A DNA stretch of 63,873 nucleotides, counting the filler, from Choristocarpus tenellus KU-1152 (Eukaryota; Protista; Phaeophyceae): the NCBI GenBank assembly GCA_964200185.2. It is 11 parts of 11 records of this genome, joined end to end, with 100 filler letters (N's around TTAATTAATTAA, not from the genome) between each part and the next. Parts side by side here need not be neighbours in the genome. Positions count along the whole stretch, not along the records: positions 60,647 to 63,873 come from CAXNAD020021406.1; 10 more parts are not named here. One strand, 5' to 3'. This document shows, piece after piece, positions 61,038 to 63,873 of the stretch (positions are counted from its first letter, which is position 1; every line of letters starts with the position of its first letter). The position numbers and the translations under genes are program-made. Below the pieces are notes generated by a model. The model was given only the letters and a program-made list of their open reading frames with translations. It was not told the DNA's origin and ran no database searches.

Positions 61038-61666
61038 TGCGAATCCTGTACGTGTGTATGAACGATGGGAAAGACCATCAAACAGCGCTCGAGATGGCAG
61101 CAGGATATGCGATGGTCAGTTGGAAACTGTGAGTAAATGGGAGAGAGACTTCCTAACTAAGGGCCACATCAAGGTGTCGGAGCAAGGGTGCTATGAGAGG
61201 CGTTTCGTCTTGGGCCTTCCTTGACGAGGACATCCTTGCCGAGGTCAAAGAGTGGGTGGGCGAACACACTGGAAAAAGGGTGGGGAGACTTTTTCCTGTC
61301 TAAACCCTATACTTTAGTCAAGTAATAGTATGTTGCCACTCTTGGTGACCTACAATCCAGGGTTCGAACCTCAATATGAGCGGTGTTTCCTCCAAAAAAA
61401 AAAACTGCGAATCCTGTACCTGTGAATGAACGATGGGAAAGACTGTCAAACAGCGCTCGAGATGGCAGCAGGATAGGTGATGGTCAGGTCGGAAACTATG
61501 AGGAAATCGGAGAGAAACTTCCTAACTGAAGGCCACATCAAGGTGTCGGAGCAAGGGCGTGACGGGAAGCATTTTGTTCCAGGTCTCAACGAGGACATCC
61601 TTGCCGAGATCAAGGAGTGGGTGCGTGAACACACAGGAAGAAAGGGTAGGGAGGCTTTTTTCCTGT
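61038..61666 (+). pseudogene. Two diverged ~260-bp copies of a transposase-like N-terminal fragment
   Basis: 61038-61299 and 61406-61666 align; consensus ..TxRKWERDFLTxGHIKVSEQG...DEDILAExKEWVREHTGxKG resembles the HTH region of Tc1/IS630-like DDE transposases; stops and frameshifts. Confidence 0.5.
61300..61404 (+). mobile_element. tRNA-like SINE candidate, copy 1
   Basis: A-box-like TAGTCAAGTAA, stem-loop GTTGCC-ACTCTT-GGTGAC, B box GGTTCGAACC (61361-61370), A11 tail. Confidence 0.5.
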
Positions 61667-62266
61667 TAATTAATAAAATACTGCAGCAAGGGTTATTGCA
61701 AGGAAAATAGTAGACTACTGTGGACTGTCTGACCTTCCCTACCATCATGATAGTAGTCCCCACACTAATACAGCTATGACATTTGAAAGATAAAACAATT
61801 TCCCAAGTTTCTTAGGTTGTGAACTTATTATTTCCCCACAGAGAGGAACTAGAAATGTGAACAAGTGCTGGTTATAAGGAGGCCCATCAGGTTTTTATGG
61901 CAATTAACTGATACCGAATATTTTAATAGAATCCTTCCATCATGCCCTCGTTTAGCTGTATGCAAAGGTCTGAAAAGGCATTATTATCGCTGACGAGCAA
62001 TGGCACATTCCTACAAGAATATATCTCACAATTATATCGCTATTTCGGATGGATGAGATGCGCTAAGGAGTCTCTGTTCTGCGCAAATCTCGATCGAACG
62101 AAACGCACATACATATCTGCAAAACCTGTACATATTTGGAGATCATAGTAGTGGCTGCTTTTGAAACATTCAGAGTGTTGCAAGAAAAGTATAATATATT
62201 AGGATGCAATGAGTTTATTAGTGACTGCCTGACAAATACAACCTCAATCATTGCTTTCTTGGTTGT

Positions 62267-62377
62267 CTAAACCATATACTTTAATCAAGTAATAGCATAT
62301 CTGTTGCCACTCTTGGTGACCTACAATCCAGGGTTTGAGCCCCAATATACCACTCTTTCTTCAAAAAAAAGAAAAAA
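62267..62377 (+). mobile_element. tRNA-like SINE candidate, copy 2
   Basis: Same 5' end (TGTCTAAACC), identical core TGTTGCCACTCTTGGTGACCTACAATCCAGGGTT, A-rich tail. Confidence 0.45.
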
Positions 62378-63358
62378 TAGCGAGAAATAACACCAAGCCC
62401 GTACTCTGGAGGGCATTGTGACGGGCATCACGAATATGCCTTTTTATTTTTTTAATCTGATGTCTATATCAAACGTTATAACGTGACAACCCCAGAGGGC
62501 GAACCTACTACTGGTACCACTAGAAGAAATGGGAAATTTGATCAAATTTGGTACTGAAAAACACTACTGGTAGAAATGGGGGTAATACATAAAACTTTCC
62601 ATCGTTGGTTTATTGGAGGGTGGTTTCCGTTCAATCGGGAACTGTAAGACCAATAGCATAGAAGAATGTACCTTTTTCGGAAACACATCGGCAAAATGCA
62701 TAATATTATGATGTAGAATAATAATAAAATATGTAGAATACTGATACATCTGCAAAATGTCAGAGGGCATAATTATAAAAGTATAATATATGTAGAAGTT
62801 TCGAAGGTAATACAAATTTTCTTACACTACTTGAAACAAAAAGTTACACACAACGCTACATGGACAGGATAGAATTGATACAACAGAAGGTGAAGCTGTA
62901 ACAACCTGCCAAAAATGAATAGGTCAGCGAGGAACGGAGATTGCGCGTCAATGGGCTGGGCTGGAGTGCATGGCTTCTATCTCTCTTTTCTGCCTTGAGA
63001 CTAGATGATAGTGCGGACCGCCTTACTATATCGGACCGCCTTAATATATCCACTGGGTCACACCAATGACCTGTGCCTTAGATCATAATCTCGAGTTACA
63101 GATGTAAACAGCAGTTCGATCAGTCATAATTCAATCGCAGATGGCTAAGGGGGTACAAGGTATGTTTTGTCTGTGACCCCCAGGTGCTTGTGTCAAGAAG
63201 TCTTAGACAAAAGAGAAATCGACACTTGGTGTTCAGGAAAAGGTTCTGATTTAAATTCACCGTATTGGATAATACCTTCCAAAGAGGCAGGTTGGGAGGA
63301 ACTCAATAAGGCAGAAACTATCTGCTTATCCCAAGGAAGGTCAGGTATGACACGAGAA

Positions 63359-63720
63359 GATCGGAACTGAGGACCCTTCTATTGTAAGCCAAATTAGAGA
63401 TGTATGCCTTGTAACCTTAGAACTGGAAGCTCAGAAGGAACAAGTGTATACTCGGATTAGGCCAGAGGCAATTTGACAGATTCTATCCTGTGACCTGGTT
63501 GGCAGACACTTTCAAAGTGAACATGGATATAAGTCAATCACATTTGTGATTAGGGAGATCGGAACTGGGGACCTATTTCTTCTAGGCCGTGCCAGAGATG
63601 TATGCTTTGTAAATTTTGAAGGTGTGTTTCAGAAGGAGCAAGTATATACTCAGGTTAAGCCAGATGCAAACTGACTCCGATGCTATTCTGTGCCTCTTGG
63701 GACAGATCATCCCGAGGAAA
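63359..63720. repeat. Diverged tandem duplication, 198-bp period
   Basis: GATCGGAACTG at 63359 and 63557, then shared AGAGATGTATGC and TCAGAAGGARCAAGTRTATACTC. Confidence 0.8.
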
Positions 63721-63815
63721 ACTAGGCCATATTCGATTATCTGTGTTAGGCTTAGTCGGAGTTATATATATTTTTATCTGAAAAAATATATTCTGATTTG
63801 GTCAGATATTTATTG

Positions 63816-63850
63816 GACCCAAAGTATCTGGGGGGGGGGGGGGGGGGGGG
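63816..63850 (+). mobile_element. MITE family 1 left terminus
   Basis: GACCCAAAGTATCTG followed by poly-G. Confidence 0.7.
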
Positions 63851-63873
63851 AAGTAACAGGGAAGTAATGTGGG

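Noticed and set aside
61310-61380. Functional tRNA gene
   Set aside because: No pairing acceptor stem and only a 6-nt anticodon loop; kept only as a SINE candidate

Overview
This window is eukaryotic and is not one locus. It is 11 unrelated contigs joined by ten identical 100-nt artificial spacers (44 N + TTAATTAATTAA + 44 N), so adjacency across spacers means nothing. Most ORFs in the supplied track are spurious because the real genes are spliced. By joining GT-AG exons in compatible phase I can reconstruct parts of an ABCB-type transporter NBD (5 exons, +), FGAM synthase/PFAS (2 exons, -) lying head-to-head with a Spinster-like MFS transporter (4 exons, +), a probable ELYS-like nucleoporin (4 exons, +) and two orphan exon sets. 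There is also an intronless ORF with 12 FNIP repeats. The rest is intron/intergenic DNA with decayed Copia-, Gypsy-, piggyBac- and Tc1-like remnants, three MITE families with related termini, a tRNA-like SINE candidate, minisatellites and many short TTAGGG tracts. The VVWP-type FNIP repeats, TTAGGG tracts and long introns suggest a brown alga or related stramenopile (inference only). The most unusual signal is a (GTTAGG)5 telomeric array that itself forms the 5' splice donor of an ABC exon, within introns seeded with strand-biased telomeric tracts. I found no CRISPR array, rRNA or intact tRNA, and I cannot show a new multi-gene system.
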